A stretch of 52,016 bases of DNA, taken from assembly GCA_035517755.1 (NCBI GenBank), contig DATIYG010000142.1, forward strand, positions 1-52,016, in the 5' to 3' direction. The notes under the pieces are model-generated. The model worked only from the letters and a program-made list of their open reading frames with translations, was not told where the DNA came from and made no database searches. Shown in pieces: positions 9,654 through 19,811 of this stretch (its first letter is position 1; each line of letters begins with the position of its first letter). The position numbers and the translations under genes were made by a program. The stretch comes from Rhizomicrobium sp. (GTDB lineage: Bacteria > Pseudomonadota > Alphaproteobacteria > Micropepsales > Micropepsaceae).

Positions 9654-12467
9654 ATGGTGACAAGACAAGCTCGCTCAGCCGCGCGGTGCGCCGTCGCGGC
9701 CTTGGTTCTTTGGGTCCTCTCGCCGGTGGCCGCTGAGGCGCAAGCGACCGGTTCGGATGTCCAAAGTATCCTTAACGCCATCGGCGGTCAGACGACGACT
9801 CCGAGCACGCCATCTCCAGCCTCCCAGGTCCCTGTCGCGCCGTCCACTCCGTCGCAGACCACCATCCAGCCCGCGGCCGCTCCCGTACCTCAGGGTCAGT
9901 CGCAACTGGAAACGTTGTACTCAACGCGTGCCGGCCGGACTTTGGCGCAATTCGGCTACGACATATTCGGTATCGGCGGCAGCGTATCGGTCACTCAGGT
10001 TGGCGCACTCCAGGACAGCTACATTCTCGGACCTGGCGACCAGATCAATGTGGTTCTGCGGGGTCATGAAGACGTAGCCTACACCGCGATCGTCGATCGC
10101 GACGGCCGGCTCATTGTGCCTGAGTTGAGCCCTATTCCCGCAAGTGGCCGCACGTTTGGCGACGTTCGCGCCGACATGCTTCAGCGCATCTCGAAGCAAC
10201 TGATCGGAACGCAGGCCTACATCTCGATTGGGACGGTCCGGCAGATCTCCGTGCTGGTGAGCGGCGCCGTCATGGCGCCCGGCGTGCGTACCCTGACCGG
10301 TCTGAATACCCCGATGGATGCCATCCTCTTGTCAGGGGGAATCAAGAAGACCGGCAGCCTGCGCAACATCATCGTGGTGCGGGGAAATCGGAGAATACGG
10401 CTCGATCTCTACTCGGTTCTCACCGGCGGCACCTACTCGTCGCCAATCGGCCCGCTGACGGAAGGCGATCGCATTATCGTTCCGGCAATCGGCCCGACGG
10501 TTGCTGTGGCGGGCCTCGTCAATCGGCCTGGCATCTTCGAACTCAGCCCCGGATCGACGGCAACGAGTGCGCAGTCCCTCATTTCGCTTGCTGGCGGTAT
10601 GCAGATCGCCGGCGCCAAGAGACTCTCCAAACTCGAGCTGCAGGCGGACGGCAAGACGCTCATGATTGGCCTCACCGGCAACGGAATTGTCCACAACGGC
10701 GAAGTCCTGTTTGTCGATTTCGCGCGGTCGGCTTCGACCGGCCAGATCACATTGATGGGCGAGGTGTCGGTTCCGGGTACGCGTGCGCTTGCCAGTACGC
10801 CCTCCATCTCGCGTCTCATTCGCGATAACGACGATCTTACCTCCCAGTCCTACACATTGTTCGGCATCATCGTGCGTCGCGAGACCAAGTCCAATTTTCA
10901 AATCACCGTGCCGTTCTCCATCGAACGAACCTTCGCGCACAAGGAAGACGTGAAGCTGGAAGACAGCGATGAGGTCTATGTCTTCAACCAATCGGAGATT
11001 GCGACCCTGGCAGCGGCCGCCGACGCCGCGCTGAACGGATCGTCCGCGAGTCAGAATCCTCTGTCCGTGCTGCGCCCGCCAAGCCCGAGTTCAGGCGCAA
11101 ATGGCGGTCCGAACGGCGGCAGTAGCAACGCCAACGCTCCGGCAGCTTCGCCGCAGACGCCGACGGCGGCCGCCACGGCCGCTACGCCAATGACATCCAC
11201 GCCTTCGACATCGGTCCTGTCCGCACTTCAGGCCGCCAATGTCCCGGTGCCGCCGCCGACCACACCGACCAGCTCGCTTCCCAGCACGGCCGCGCCGGTC
11301 GTGGGCGTGGCGCAGGCTCAGGCAACGCAGACCGCGACCGGAGGTGCAGCTTCAACCGTTGCATCGAACAAGGGAACGGTCCAGGTGTCGCTCGACCAGA
11401 TCGCAGCGAACCTCGGAATCCCGACGGTCGAGCTGGTGAATTCAGCGCGCGACTATATCGTTTCCGTGACTGGCGAAGTGCGTAATCCCGGTTCGTATCT
11501 TGCCGTGAACGATACGTCCCTGGCGGCTGTCATTGCGGCCGCCGGCGGTCTGCAGCGGGAAGCCGATCTGTCTGCAGTGGAGATTACGTCGACAGTTGTC
11601 GATGCGTCTGCCGGGACTTCGCGCACCGTTCGGAACAGCTACCAGATCAGCGGCAGAGATTTCGCCAGCATTTCGCTCAAGCCGTTCGACAGTGTGCGCG
11701 TGCGTCCCGTCTTCTCGGATCGCAATGGCGAAACCATCACCATTCTTGGACAAGTTCGTTATCCCGGAACATTCGACATCACGCGGGGTGAGCGGCTTTC
11801 CTCGGTGTTGATGCGCGCCGGCGGCCTTACCGACGAAGCCTACCCGTTCGGTACGGTCTTTACCCGGCAGAGTGCGGCAATCCAGGAGGCGGACGGCAAC
11901 CAGCGCACGGCGAAGCTTCTGGAAGACAATATCGCTACAGTATCGACCCTGCCGGTCACGCTGATCAACCCGGCCGGTCTTGTATACGTGGAAGGCATCG
12001 CGCAGGCGCTGCGCACGGCACCCACCCTGGGTCGCATCTCGGTGACCGCGGACCCTGTCGTCCTGGCAACCAGGCCTGAGCTGGATATGCTGCTTGAGTC
12101 GGGCGACACGATCTACATTCCGAAACGGCCTTCGAGCGTGTCCGTTACGGGTGACGTCCTGAACAACGGCGCGTTTGCCTACAAGCCGGGCCTCGGCGTG
12201 CGCGACTACATTCGCCTTGCCGGCGGCGAGAACAGCTCCGCCGATGACAGCCTGACATTCGTCGTCCTGCCGGACGGTACCGCGCGGCCCGAGGGCGACA
12301 GCTGGTTCAACTTCGGCAGTGGCCACGAAGTGCCGCCGGGGTCGCTGATCGTGGTTCCACGCGATCCGCAACCGTTCAACTGGACGCTGTTTGCCATCAA
12401 CATCACTGACATATTCAGCAAGCTCGCTACGACGGCGGCTGCGTTGACGGTGATCGGCCGGCCGTAA
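9654..12467 (+). CDS. KpsD-like polysaccharide export protein with multiple SLBB domains
   Basis: Sec signal ending AEA-Q, Poly_export motif YILGPGDQINV...VDRDG, repeated V.GxV..PG/AGG SLBB units, IYIPKRPSSVSVTG and a C-terminal amphipathic helix. Confidence 0.88.
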   Translation: MVTRQARSAARCAVAALVLWVLSPVAAEAQATGSDVQSILNAIGGQTTTPSTPSPASQVPVAPSTPSQTTIQPAAAPVPQGQSQLETLYSTRAGRTLAQFGYDIFGIGGSVSVTQVGALQDSYILGPGDQINVVLRGHEDVAYTAIVDRDGRLIVPELSPIPASGRTFGDVRADMLQRISKQLIGTQAYISIGTVRQISVLVSGAVMAPGVRTLTGLNTPMDAILLSGGIKKTGSLRNIIVVRGNRRIRLDLYSVLTGGTYSSPIGPLTEGDRIIVPAIGPTVAVAGLVNRPGIFELSPGSTATSAQSLISLAGGMQIAGAKRLSKLELQADGKTLMIGLTGNGIVHNGEVLFVDFARSASTGQITLMGEVSVPGTRALASTPSISRLIRDNDDLTSQSYTLFGIIVRRETKSNFQITVPFSIERTFAHKEDVKLEDSDEVYVFNQSEIATLAAAADAALNGSSASQNPLSVLRPPSPSSGANGGPNGGSSNANAPAASPQTPTAAATAATPMTSTPSTSVLSALQAANVPVPPPTTPTSSLPSTAAPVVGVAQAQATQTATGGAASTVASNKGTVQVSLDQIAANLGIPTVELVNSARDYIVSVTGEVRNPGSYLAVNDTSLAAVIAAAGGLQREADLSAVEITSTVVDASAGTSRTVRNSYQISGRDFASISLKPFDSVRVRPVFSDRNGETITILGQVRYPGTFDITRGERLSSVLMRAGGLTDEAYPFGTVFTRQSAAIQEADGNQRTAKLLEDNIATVSTLPVTLINPAGLVYVEGIAQALRTAPTLGRISVTADPVVLATRPELDMLLESGDTIYIPKRPSSVSVTGDVLNNGAFAYKPGLGVRDYIRLAGGENSSADDSLTFVVLPDGTARPEGDSWFNFGSGHEVPPGSLIVVPRDPQPFNWTLFAINITDIFSKLATTAAALTVIGRP

Positions 12468-13662
12468 GTTTGAGCTGATCCAGCATTTCGATTGCGAGCC
12501 GGTCGCGGTCGAAGTCATCTGCCAGCTTTCGGCACCCCGCCTTCAGGCTGTGCAGGAGGTCCGGCTCATCGCGCAGCCGCTCGATGGCCTTCGCCAGCGC
12601 TTCCGGGTCTTCCGGAGGGACAACAAGCCCGGCGCCGTATCGGCTGACGAGATCGGCTGCAGCACTCCCGGCGGCGACGATCATCGGCTTTTCCATTGCA
12701 GCGGCCTCGAACACCTTGGCCGGCAGCGTGATCTCGATCTGGTCGGTTCGCTTCAACGGAACGAGCACGACGTCGCACAGCGAAAGGTATTCCGCGGCCT
12801 CGGCGATCGGCACCAGCCCGACAAGAGCCGTATTGTCGAGCTTCAGCGCATGCGCATGGGCCACGACCGCATCGCGCCTTGCGCCGTCGCCGACGAGGAG
12901 GAATCGCACGTCGCTGCCGCGCAGGCCGTTCGCGGCATCGAGCACCACCTCGAGCCCCTGCGCCATGCCGTGCGTGCCGACATAGCCGACTACAAACTTG
13001 CGATCGAAGCCGAGTTCTCGGAGAAGCCGTTCGTTCTTCTTGCGTGGCGTTGCCCTGGAGAGGTTCACGCCGTTGTAGACCACAGCCACCTTTTCAGCCG
13101 GGACGCCGCGTTCGAGCAGCCGGTTCCGAAGGCCGTCGCTGACGGTGACGATGCGCGTGGCGTGCCGGTACAGCCTCTTCTCAAGACGGCCGAGGAGCCG
13201 GATGAGGAGGTTTGAGCGCATCGCACCCACCGAGACGATCGACTCAGGCCATAGATCGCGAACCTCCAGAATCCAGGGCCGCCGCTTGATGGTTGCGAGC
13301 CACCATCCGGAAAGCCCCGTCAGCAATTGCGGAGAGCTGGCCAGGACCACGTCCGGTGTCTCGAACAGTCCCGCGATGAAGCTGGTGATCGCAAAACTCA
13401 GGAAATCGAGGGATCGGAGCGCGACACCCTTGTTGGGCGCCATGAAGGTCCAAACGCGGGTGACTTGCACACCGTCGAGGATTTCGGTCTGGGGCCGATT
13501 CCGATAGGGCGCCAGCGGCCGTCCGGTCGGGAAATTCGGCACCGACGTTATGACCCGGACCTCTGCGCCCTCCCGGGCCCAGACGCGGGCGTGTTCGAAC
13601 GCCCTCAGGGCCGGGCTGTTGGTTTCGGGGACGAAATTGTCAGTCAGATAAAGGATGAGCAT
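12427..13662 (-). CDS. GT4 glycosyltransferase (WbuB-like)
   Basis: Has LYLTDNFVPE, TSVPNFPTG, EVRDLWPES, YVGTHGMAQGL and PAKVFEAAA. Start inferred at ATG 13662. The 3' end overlaps the convergent export gene by 41 nt. Confidence 0.9.
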   Translation of the reverse strand: MLILYLTDNFVPETNSPALRAFEHARVWAREGAEVRVITSVPNFPTGRPLAPYRNRPQTEILDGVQVTRVWTFMAPNKGVALRSLDFLSFAITSFIAGLFETPDVVLASSPQLLTGLSGWWLATIKRRPWILEVRDLWPESIVSVGAMRSNLLIRLLGRLEKRLYRHATRIVTVSDGLRNRLLERGVPAEKVAVVYNGVNLSRATPRKKNERLLRELGFDRKFVVGYVGTHGMAQGLEVVLDAANGLRGSDVRFLLVGDGARRDAVVAHAHALKLDNTALVGLVPIAEAAEYLSLCDVVLVPLKRTDQIEITLPAKVFEAAAMEKPMIVAAGSAAADLVSRYGAGLVVPPEDPEALAKAIERLRDEPDLLHSLKAGCRKLADDFDRDRLAIEMLDQLKLTAGRSPSTQPPS

Positions 13663-13876
13663 TCGGGACCAGGGAATCGAAGGCGGCATCACGGACCGGA
13701 TTGTGACGTCTTGCAACGGGAGAAGCGGGAGACCTCACCGAGGCGCAATCGCTTCAGCCATTTAACAATTTTGGTGGGCTATAGACGCTTTTGCTAAGAG
13801 TGTGCCCTTCCTGCTGTTGTCTCCGCGATGACGCCTTGTTAGTGTTCCAGCCAAGCGAGTATTTGGGGTCAGTGCC

Positions 13877-14953
13877 TTGGACCATAGTTCCGAGCAAAAG
13901 GTCCATATTGAGGGAATCGCATCCTCACTTCTCCCCCGGCCGCGGGTAGCTGCTATAGGCTGCGGCCATTGGGGCCGAAATATCGTAAGAAACCTTTCCC
14001 AGCTCGGCGCCCTTACGGCCGTCAGCGATCTTTGCCACAACACCGCGTCGGAATTTTCCACCCGATTCGACGTCCCGGCGCGGCCGTTTCTGGAACTGCT
14101 GCGCGACGACGACGTCGAGGCCGTCGCCATCGCCACGCCAGCCGCCCAGCACGCGGATCATGTTCAGCGTGCGCTGGATGCCGGCAAGCACGTCTTCGTC
14201 GAAAAGCCCCTCGCGATGACGTTGTCCGACGGGGAGAAGCTCGACCAGATCGCGCGTGACAATGGCAAGATCCTCATGGTCGGTCATGTCCTGCGCTACC
14301 ACCCTGTCGTTCGCAAGCTGATCGATGAAGTCCGCTCCGGCCGTCTGGGCACCGTGCGGCACATTTATTCGCGCCGTCTTGGGCTCGGCAAGTTTCGCAC
14401 GGAAGAGGATGTCCTGTGGTCCTTCGCGCCGCACGATATCTCGATCATTCTCGCGATCTTCGGGCAGCTGCCGTGGCGCGTGTCGGCGCACGGACGCTCA
14501 ATCCTGAATTCGAACCTCGCCGATATCGCCCGCGTCCATCTCGACTTCACCAACGGCGTAACAGCCGATCTGGCCGTGTCTTGGCTCAATCCGGTGAAGG
14601 AACAGAAGCTCGTGCTGATCGGCTCGCACGCGCAAGCGATCTTCGACGACACCGCCAAATGGGCCGAGAAACTGCAAGTGTTCGATCATGGCATCGACAT
14701 GTCGTCCGGTGCGGTAAAGGTCGTGAAGGCCGATCCGGTGGTGGTGCGAGTCGACGAGAAAGAGCCACTCCGCGAGGAATGTGCCCACTTCCTGACCTGC
14801 ATTGCCGGAGGCAAGCGGCCACGGACGGATAGCGTTGAAGCCGTTCGCGTACTTTCGGTGCTGGAAGCGGCGGCCAAATCGATGCAGCTTGGCGGCGAAA
14901 CCGTTCAGCTGCGCGGCCAGCCGAGTTCGGTGTTGAACACTTCGGTCAACTGA
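13877..14953 (+). CDS. Gfo/Idh/MocA oxidoreductase (WbpB/WlbA-like 3-dehydrogenase)
   Basis: Has IGCGHWG, IATP, GKHVFVEKP, MVGH and WSFAPHD. Confidence 0.88.
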   Translation: MDHSSEQKVHIEGIASSLLPRPRVAAIGCGHWGRNIVRNLSQLGALTAVSDLCHNTASEFSTRFDVPARPFLELLRDDDVEAVAIATPAAQHADHVQRALDAGKHVFVEKPLAMTLSDGEKLDQIARDNGKILMVGHVLRYHPVVRKLIDEVRSGRLGTVRHIYSRRLGLGKFRTEEDVLWSFAPHDISIILAIFGQLPWRVSAHGRSILNSNLADIARVHLDFTNGVTADLAVSWLNPVKEQKLVLIGSHAQAIFDDTAKWAEKLQVFDHGIDMSSGAVKVVKADPVVVRVDEKEPLREECAHFLTCIAGGKRPRTDSVEAVRVLSVLEAAAKSMQLGGETVQLRGQPSSVLNTSVN

Positions 14954-15011
14954 CCGACATTCCCGCCAGATCCAGGGGTTACGGGGCGGCAATTCCGCCT
15001 GATATTCGTCG

Positions 15012-16547
15012 ATGCATGTCTGCATGATCGTCCACAACAACGGGACGCGCGATGGCCGCGTGATGCGCGAGGCCCATGCTTTGCGCGCGACTGGGCATGC
15101 GGTCACAGTCGTTGGCATACCGGAGTCTGGAATCTCAGCGCCGGCCGAGACCTTGCCCGACGGTGTGCAAGTGAGCCGGGTGCGATGGCTGGAGCCCGCA
15201 AGACGAAGACGGCTCAGATCCGCGGTGCTGCGTTCAATTCCGTTCGGAGCGGCGATCCTGGCCCTGGGCTACGGGCTCTACCGTGTTGCTCACTGGTTGT
15301 CCGGACTGGCACTCGCGGGCAGACCTTCCGTTCTGATTGGCGGCGTTCTTGTCCTGGCGCTCATCGCCGTCATTGTCGCGCTCGTCGGCCGTGGTTTTCT
15401 CAACAAGCGCGCAAGTCGAAACGATGCGACCCGCCGCCAGGTCATCCTCGGCGACGCTCCGCCATCGTCCGGATTTCCGGCAATCCGGTCGCGCATTCCG
15501 GATTGGGTTCCGGACTGGCTGCTGGAATTCGCTGTAGAGCCGCTCGACTGGTTCGGGGCGCGGACCGGCAAGTTCTCGCTCTATCGGTATCGTTCCGAAG
15601 AAATCGCGGCGGCCGCCATCCGCCTGAAGCCCGATGTCGTGCATTGCCACGATTGTGCAGCGCTACCGACGGGATGGCTCGTCAAGAAGGCGCTCAATAT
15701 TCCGCTCGTCTACGATGCACACGAGATCTACGAGGCTGTTGCTGCCCGCCGGTTCGGCGCCACCGACTATTTCGCGCGCATTCACGCGCGATATCTGCCG
15801 CAGGTCGACGCGTTTGTGGCGGTGAACGACAGTGCCGCGACGTATTACAGGTATGCCTATCCCGCCGCGCCGCGCGCGGTCGTCATCCGCAACGCGACGA
15901 ACTATGTCGCCTCAGGCCGCTACGATGGCCGCCTGCATCGGGCCGCCGGGTTGCCGGAGCATGAGAAGATTCTTCTCTACCAGGGCGGGTTCAGCAAGGA
16001 TCGCGGCCTTCAGATCCTGGTGCGCGCCGCACCGCTGCTGCCAGAGGGCTGGACGCTGGTGATGATGGGGTGGGGGCCGCTCGCCGATGAACTCCAGCAC
16101 CTTGCCGACGCGGGTCAGGCGAACGCGACGTCCCGGCGGAAGGTCATTTTTCTTTCCGCCGTTCCTCCGGCAGAGTTGCTATCGTGGACCCAGGGTGCGG
16201 CGGCCGGAATCATTCCGTATGAAGACAAGATGCTGAATCACTGGATCGCCACGCCCAACAAATTGTGGGAATTCCCCAATGCCGGAGTTCCGATGATCGT
16301 GCAGCCCTTCCCGGAAATGCGTGGCATTGTGGAGACCTATGGCTGCGGATGGGTTTTGCCGGAATTGTCGCCGCAGGCGATCGCTGATCTCGTCTCGTCC
16401 CTCACCGAGGAAAAGGTCTCGGCAGCAAAGGAGGGATGCGTTCGTTTCAGCCAGGCGGACAACTGGGCCACGACCTACGAGCCACGCCTCCTGGACCTTT
16501 ACCGGCGAATCGAGATGATGACCGGATCAACCAGGGCTGCAGCGTGA
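15012..16547 (+). CDS. GT4 glycosyltransferase with an inserted hydrophobic hairpin
   Basis: Has DGRVMREA, VHCHD, LVYDAHE, YQGG..RGL and PNKLWEF, plus two hydrophobic stretches near residues 76-126. Confidence 0.85.
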   Translation: MHVCMIVHNNGTRDGRVMREAHALRATGHAVTVVGIPESGISAPAETLPDGVQVSRVRWLEPARRRRLRSAVLRSIPFGAAILALGYGLYRVAHWLSGLALAGRPSVLIGGVLVLALIAVIVALVGRGFLNKRASRNDATRRQVILGDAPPSSGFPAIRSRIPDWVPDWLLEFAVEPLDWFGARTGKFSLYRYRSEEIAAAAIRLKPDVVHCHDCAALPTGWLVKKALNIPLVYDAHEIYEAVAARRFGATDYFARIHARYLPQVDAFVAVNDSAATYYRYAYPAAPRAVVIRNATNYVASGRYDGRLHRAAGLPEHEKILLYQGGFSKDRGLQILVRAAPLLPEGWTLVMMGWGPLADELQHLADAGQANATSRRKVIFLSAVPPAELLSWTQGAAAGIIPYEDKMLNHWIATPNKLWEFPNAGVPMIVQPFPEMRGIVETYGCGWVLPELSPQAIADLVSSLTEEKVSAAKEGCVRFSQADNWATTYEPRLLDLYRRIEMMTGSTRAAA

Positions 16548-17113
16548 GTAGCGACATTTATATCGACCCTACGGCCGTTATCGATCCGGATGTCGAGATC
16601 GGCTCCGGCACGAAGATCTGGCATTTCTCACACATCTTGTCGGGATCGCGGATCGGCGAACGATGCAGCATCGGACAGAACGTCATGATCGGGCCCAACG
16701 TTCACATCGGCAATGGCTGCAAGATTCAGAACAATGTGTCGATCTATTCCGGTGTAATGCTGGAAGACGATGTGTTCTGCGGACCCAGCATGGTTTTCAC
16801 CAACGTGCTGTTTCCCCGCGCCCATGTCAGCCGCAAGGACGAGTTTCTCCCGACGCTGGTGAGGCGAGGCGCTTCCATCGGGGCGAACGCCACCATTGTG
16901 TGCGGCCATGTCATCGGCGCTTACGCCATGGTGGGGGCCGGCAGCGTCGTGACTCATGACATTGCAGCTCATGCCCTGGTGATTGGCGCTCCCGCGCGGC
17001 CGGTTGGCTGGGTCAGCCGCAGCGGTGACAAGCTCGGGCCGGATCTCGTATGCCCGCGCAGCGGCGACCGTTACGTCCTGCAAGACGGTGAACTAAGTCT
17101 ATGTGAAGCCTAA
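16544..17113 (+). CDS. Left-handed beta-helix N-acetyltransferase (WbpD/WlbB-like)
   Basis: Has TKIWHFSHI, CKIQNNVSIY, FCGPSMVFTNV and GASIGANATIVCG. GTGA overlap with the upstream gene. Confidence 0.92.
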   Translation: MSSDIYIDPTAVIDPDVEIGSGTKIWHFSHILSGSRIGERCSIGQNVMIGPNVHIGNGCKIQNNVSIYSGVMLEDDVFCGPSMVFTNVLFPRAHVSRKDEFLPTLVRRGASIGANATIVCGHVIGAYAMVGAGSVVTHDIAAHALVIGAPARPVGWVSRSGDKLGPDLVCPRSGDRYVLQDGELSLCEA

Positions 17114-17245
17114 TAAAAATAATTGCGGTTGCATTGCCGGGTTGGCAACTGCGTGAAAAAGGATTTATGGTCGGACCGGGCGCAAAGTCGAGGGATTTTC
17201 GCGAGTTCAGAGGGGCAATAGCCTCCATTCTGTGGAGTTTTCGAC

Positions 17246-18634
17246 ATGAAGTTGGGGGGACAGGGCGGGGCAGTCGAGGGCCGGCTCCGGACTGAACCAG
17301 CATCCCGCGCTCGCATTGAGCAGTTGAGGAGCAATCTGGCGTCGGCCAATGCCAGCGTCGGCATCATCGGCATGGGCTATGTCGGTCAGCCCCTGGCCAT
17401 TGCCGCGCATGAGCGTGGCTTCTCAGTCGTCGGATTCGATATCGATCCCGGCCGAGTCCTCGCGCTCAATGACGGTCATTCCACCATCCGCACAATTCCG
17501 GACTCCTATATCGCCACAATGCTGAAGGACGGCCGGTTCCGGGCGAGCAACGATCTCGAGGAACTTTCCGAGGTCGATGTGATCATCATTTGCGTGCCCA
17601 CTCCGCTCAGCAAGAATCGCGAGCCGGACCTCGCCCACGTCAAACGCAGTGCGAAATCGGTCGGAGCCGCATTGCGCCGCGATCAGCTTGTTTGCCTGGA
17701 GTCCACGACCTATCCCGGCTGCACACGTGAAATCCTGAAGCCTGCGATGGAGGCGCTCGGTCTGAGGGTCGGCAGTGACGTCTTCCTGGCCTATTCGCCG
17801 GAGCGCGAGGACCCGGGCTCGAAGTTTCGTACCTCGGAGATTCCGAAGATCGTCGGCGCGGACGATGAGAACAGCCGTATCCTCGCCGAGGCGTTCTATG
17901 GGCGGCTGGTCGATCGCGTCGTGCCAGTGGCCAACACGCACACGGCTGAAGCCGTCAAGCTGAGCGAAAACATCTTCCGCTGCGTCAACATCGCTCTCGT
18001 CAACGAACTCAAGCACATCTACGCGCGAATGGAGATCGACATCTGGGACGTGATCGAGGCGGCCGCAACCAAGCCGTTCGGCTACATGCCTTTCTATCCG
18101 GGTCCCGGCCTCGGCGGCCATTGCGTGCCGATCGATCCATTCTACCTGTCGTGGAAGGCGACGGAGCACGATGTTCCGGCCCGCTTCATCGAACTCGCCG
18201 GCGAGATCAATACGGCCGAACCGTTGCAGATCGTGTCAGCCTTGCAGGGTGCGCTGTCCAGCCGGAAGAAGATGAGCTTGAACGGCAGCCGCATCCTGCT
18301 CGTTGGGCTTGCCTACAAGCGCAATGTTGACGACCTCCGCGAGAGCCCGGCCCTGACGATCTTCCGGCAACTTGAAGCCAAGGGGGCCGCGGTCGAGTAC
18401 TACGATCCGTGGGTGCCGGTCGTGCCCGAAACGCGCGAGTTCCCGCAGTTCGCCGGACGCCGTTCGATTCCGTGGCAGCCGGAACGGTTCGGGGCCGAGT
18501 TCGATGCCGCGCTGATCGTTACCGACCACGGCAATGTCGACTACAGGGGATTGGCGAAATCGCTGGATCTGATCGTCGATACGCGCAACGCGATGCATGA
18601 CGTTTGCGCGCCTGGCCGCATCGTCAAAGCGTAG
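17246..18634 (+). CDS. UDP-N-acetylhexosamine 6-dehydrogenase (WbpA-like nucleotide-sugar dehydrogenase)
   Basis: Has GMGYVG, ICVPTP, LESTTYPG, SPEREDPG, the catalytic GLGGHCVPIDP and GLAYKRNVDDLRESP. Confidence 0.93.
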   Translation: MKLGGQGGAVEGRLRTEPASRARIEQLRSNLASANASVGIIGMGYVGQPLAIAAHERGFSVVGFDIDPGRVLALNDGHSTIRTIPDSYIATMLKDGRFRASNDLEELSEVDVIIICVPTPLSKNREPDLAHVKRSAKSVGAALRRDQLVCLESTTYPGCTREILKPAMEALGLRVGSDVFLAYSPEREDPGSKFRTSEIPKIVGADDENSRILAEAFYGRLVDRVVPVANTHTAEAVKLSENIFRCVNIALVNELKHIYARMEIDIWDVIEAAATKPFGYMPFYPGPGLGGHCVPIDPFYLSWKATEHDVPARFIELAGEINTAEPLQIVSALQGALSSRKKMSLNGSRILLVGLAYKRNVDDLRESPALTIFRQLEAKGAAVEYYDPWVPVVPETREFPQFAGRRSIPWQPERFGAEFDAALIVTDHGNVDYRGLAKSLDLIVDTRNAMHDVCAPGRIVKA

Positions 18635-18662
18635 CGACAGCGAAAGATTCGGGGCTGACGGG

Positions 18663-19703
18663 ATGGTCTATGGGTTGTTCGCAGTGGCGGCGATTGTCTG
18701 CTTCTACGGCGCACCAATCGCGAATTGGCTGAAGGTCTTCGACTATCCGCGCGGCGGGCGCAAGCACCATGCCAGCCCGACGCCTCAGGTCGGTGGCCTG
18801 GCCATTCTGCTCCCTGCCGTCCTGTGGCTCGGCGTGCAAGTCCTCACCGGCCACAGGGATCCGTTCCTTATTGCTATCCTGTTGTGCGGCAGCGGCGTCG
18901 GGATCATCGGCATCATGGATGATCAATCGCAGCTTTCGCCGGCGTTGCGCCTCGTCGTTCTTTCGATCTTTGTGCTGATCGCGTTTGCGCTCGATCCGCT
19001 GCTTTATGCGCCGCATATCGTCTGGGCGTCGTTTGCCCCGACTTCGATGTCTGAATGGGTATTCATCGTTTGCGCAGTGATCGCCATCGCCGGATTCGTA
19101 TCGTCCACCAACATGGCGGATGGCATCAACGGCCTCGTGCCCTCGGCTTTGCTGATCTGGTCGGCGGCGTTTGCCGTGTTTGGCGAGGGGCCGGTTCGGG
19201 AACTCGCGATCGCGCTCGTCGGGCCGTCGCTCGTGGTGCTGGCCTTCAATCTGCGTGGGCGCGTGTTCCTCGGCGACTGCGGCACGTTCGGTATCGGCTT
19301 CCTGATCGCGCTGATGGCGATCGCCTCGTTACGCAGCGGAAAGATTGCGGCCGAAACAATGCTCGTGTGGTTCTCCGTGCCTGTGCTCGATTGCCTGCGC
19401 GTCATCGTCACGCGATTGGCGGCGGGCCGCTCCCCCCTGAAAGGCGGCAAGGACCATTTTCATCATCTGCTGTCCGATGTGTTTGGCAAACGCCGCGCAT
19501 TTTATGCTTATACGGCGCTGATTCTCGTTACTTCCGGGGTCGCGGCCATCTTTCCGCGCTCGGCGGTTTACATCCTGCTTGCGTTGGTGGCGGGCTGCTT
19601 CGGTTTCATTGCCGCGCGAGCTTCCCTCGAGCGCCAGAGACCCGTCACGGCGCTCGTCGGAGTGCGCAGTGCGGCGACCAAAGGCGGCAATCCGGCCAAA
19701 TGA
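18663..19703 (+). CDS. WecA/MraY-family polyprenyl-phosphate HexNAc-1-phosphate transferase
   Basis: Multi-TM protein with RKHH..PTPQVGG, GIMDD, NMADGINGL, FLGDCG and DHFHH. The start is inferred. Confidence 0.88.
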   Translation: MVYGLFAVAAIVCFYGAPIANWLKVFDYPRGGRKHHASPTPQVGGLAILLPAVLWLGVQVLTGHRDPFLIAILLCGSGVGIIGIMDDQSQLSPALRLVVLSIFVLIAFALDPLLYAPHIVWASFAPTSMSEWVFIVCAVIAIAGFVSSTNMADGINGLVPSALLIWSAAFAVFGEGPVRELAIALVGPSLVVLAFNLRGRVFLGDCGTFGIGFLIALMAIASLRSGKIAAETMLVWFSVPVLDCLRVIVTRLAAGRSPLKGGKDHFHHLLSDVFGKRRAFYAYTALILVTSGVAAIFPRSAVYILLALVAGCFGFIAARASLERQRPVTALVGVRSAATKGGNPAK

Positions 19704-19811
19704 TTACGCGACGCGTTGCGTTGCAGTTGCGTCAAGTTAATGCAGGTCGCCGTTTATCCGCCTGAATTTGCTATATAATCCACGGCGCAAAACGGGCTGG
19801 ACAAGCACCCG

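Noticed and set aside
13761-13776. CtrA binding sites in capsule promoters
   Set aside because: Only isolated TTAA half-sites were seen (here, and near 19737, 32472, 36983 and 39612), with no full TTAA-N7-TTAA.
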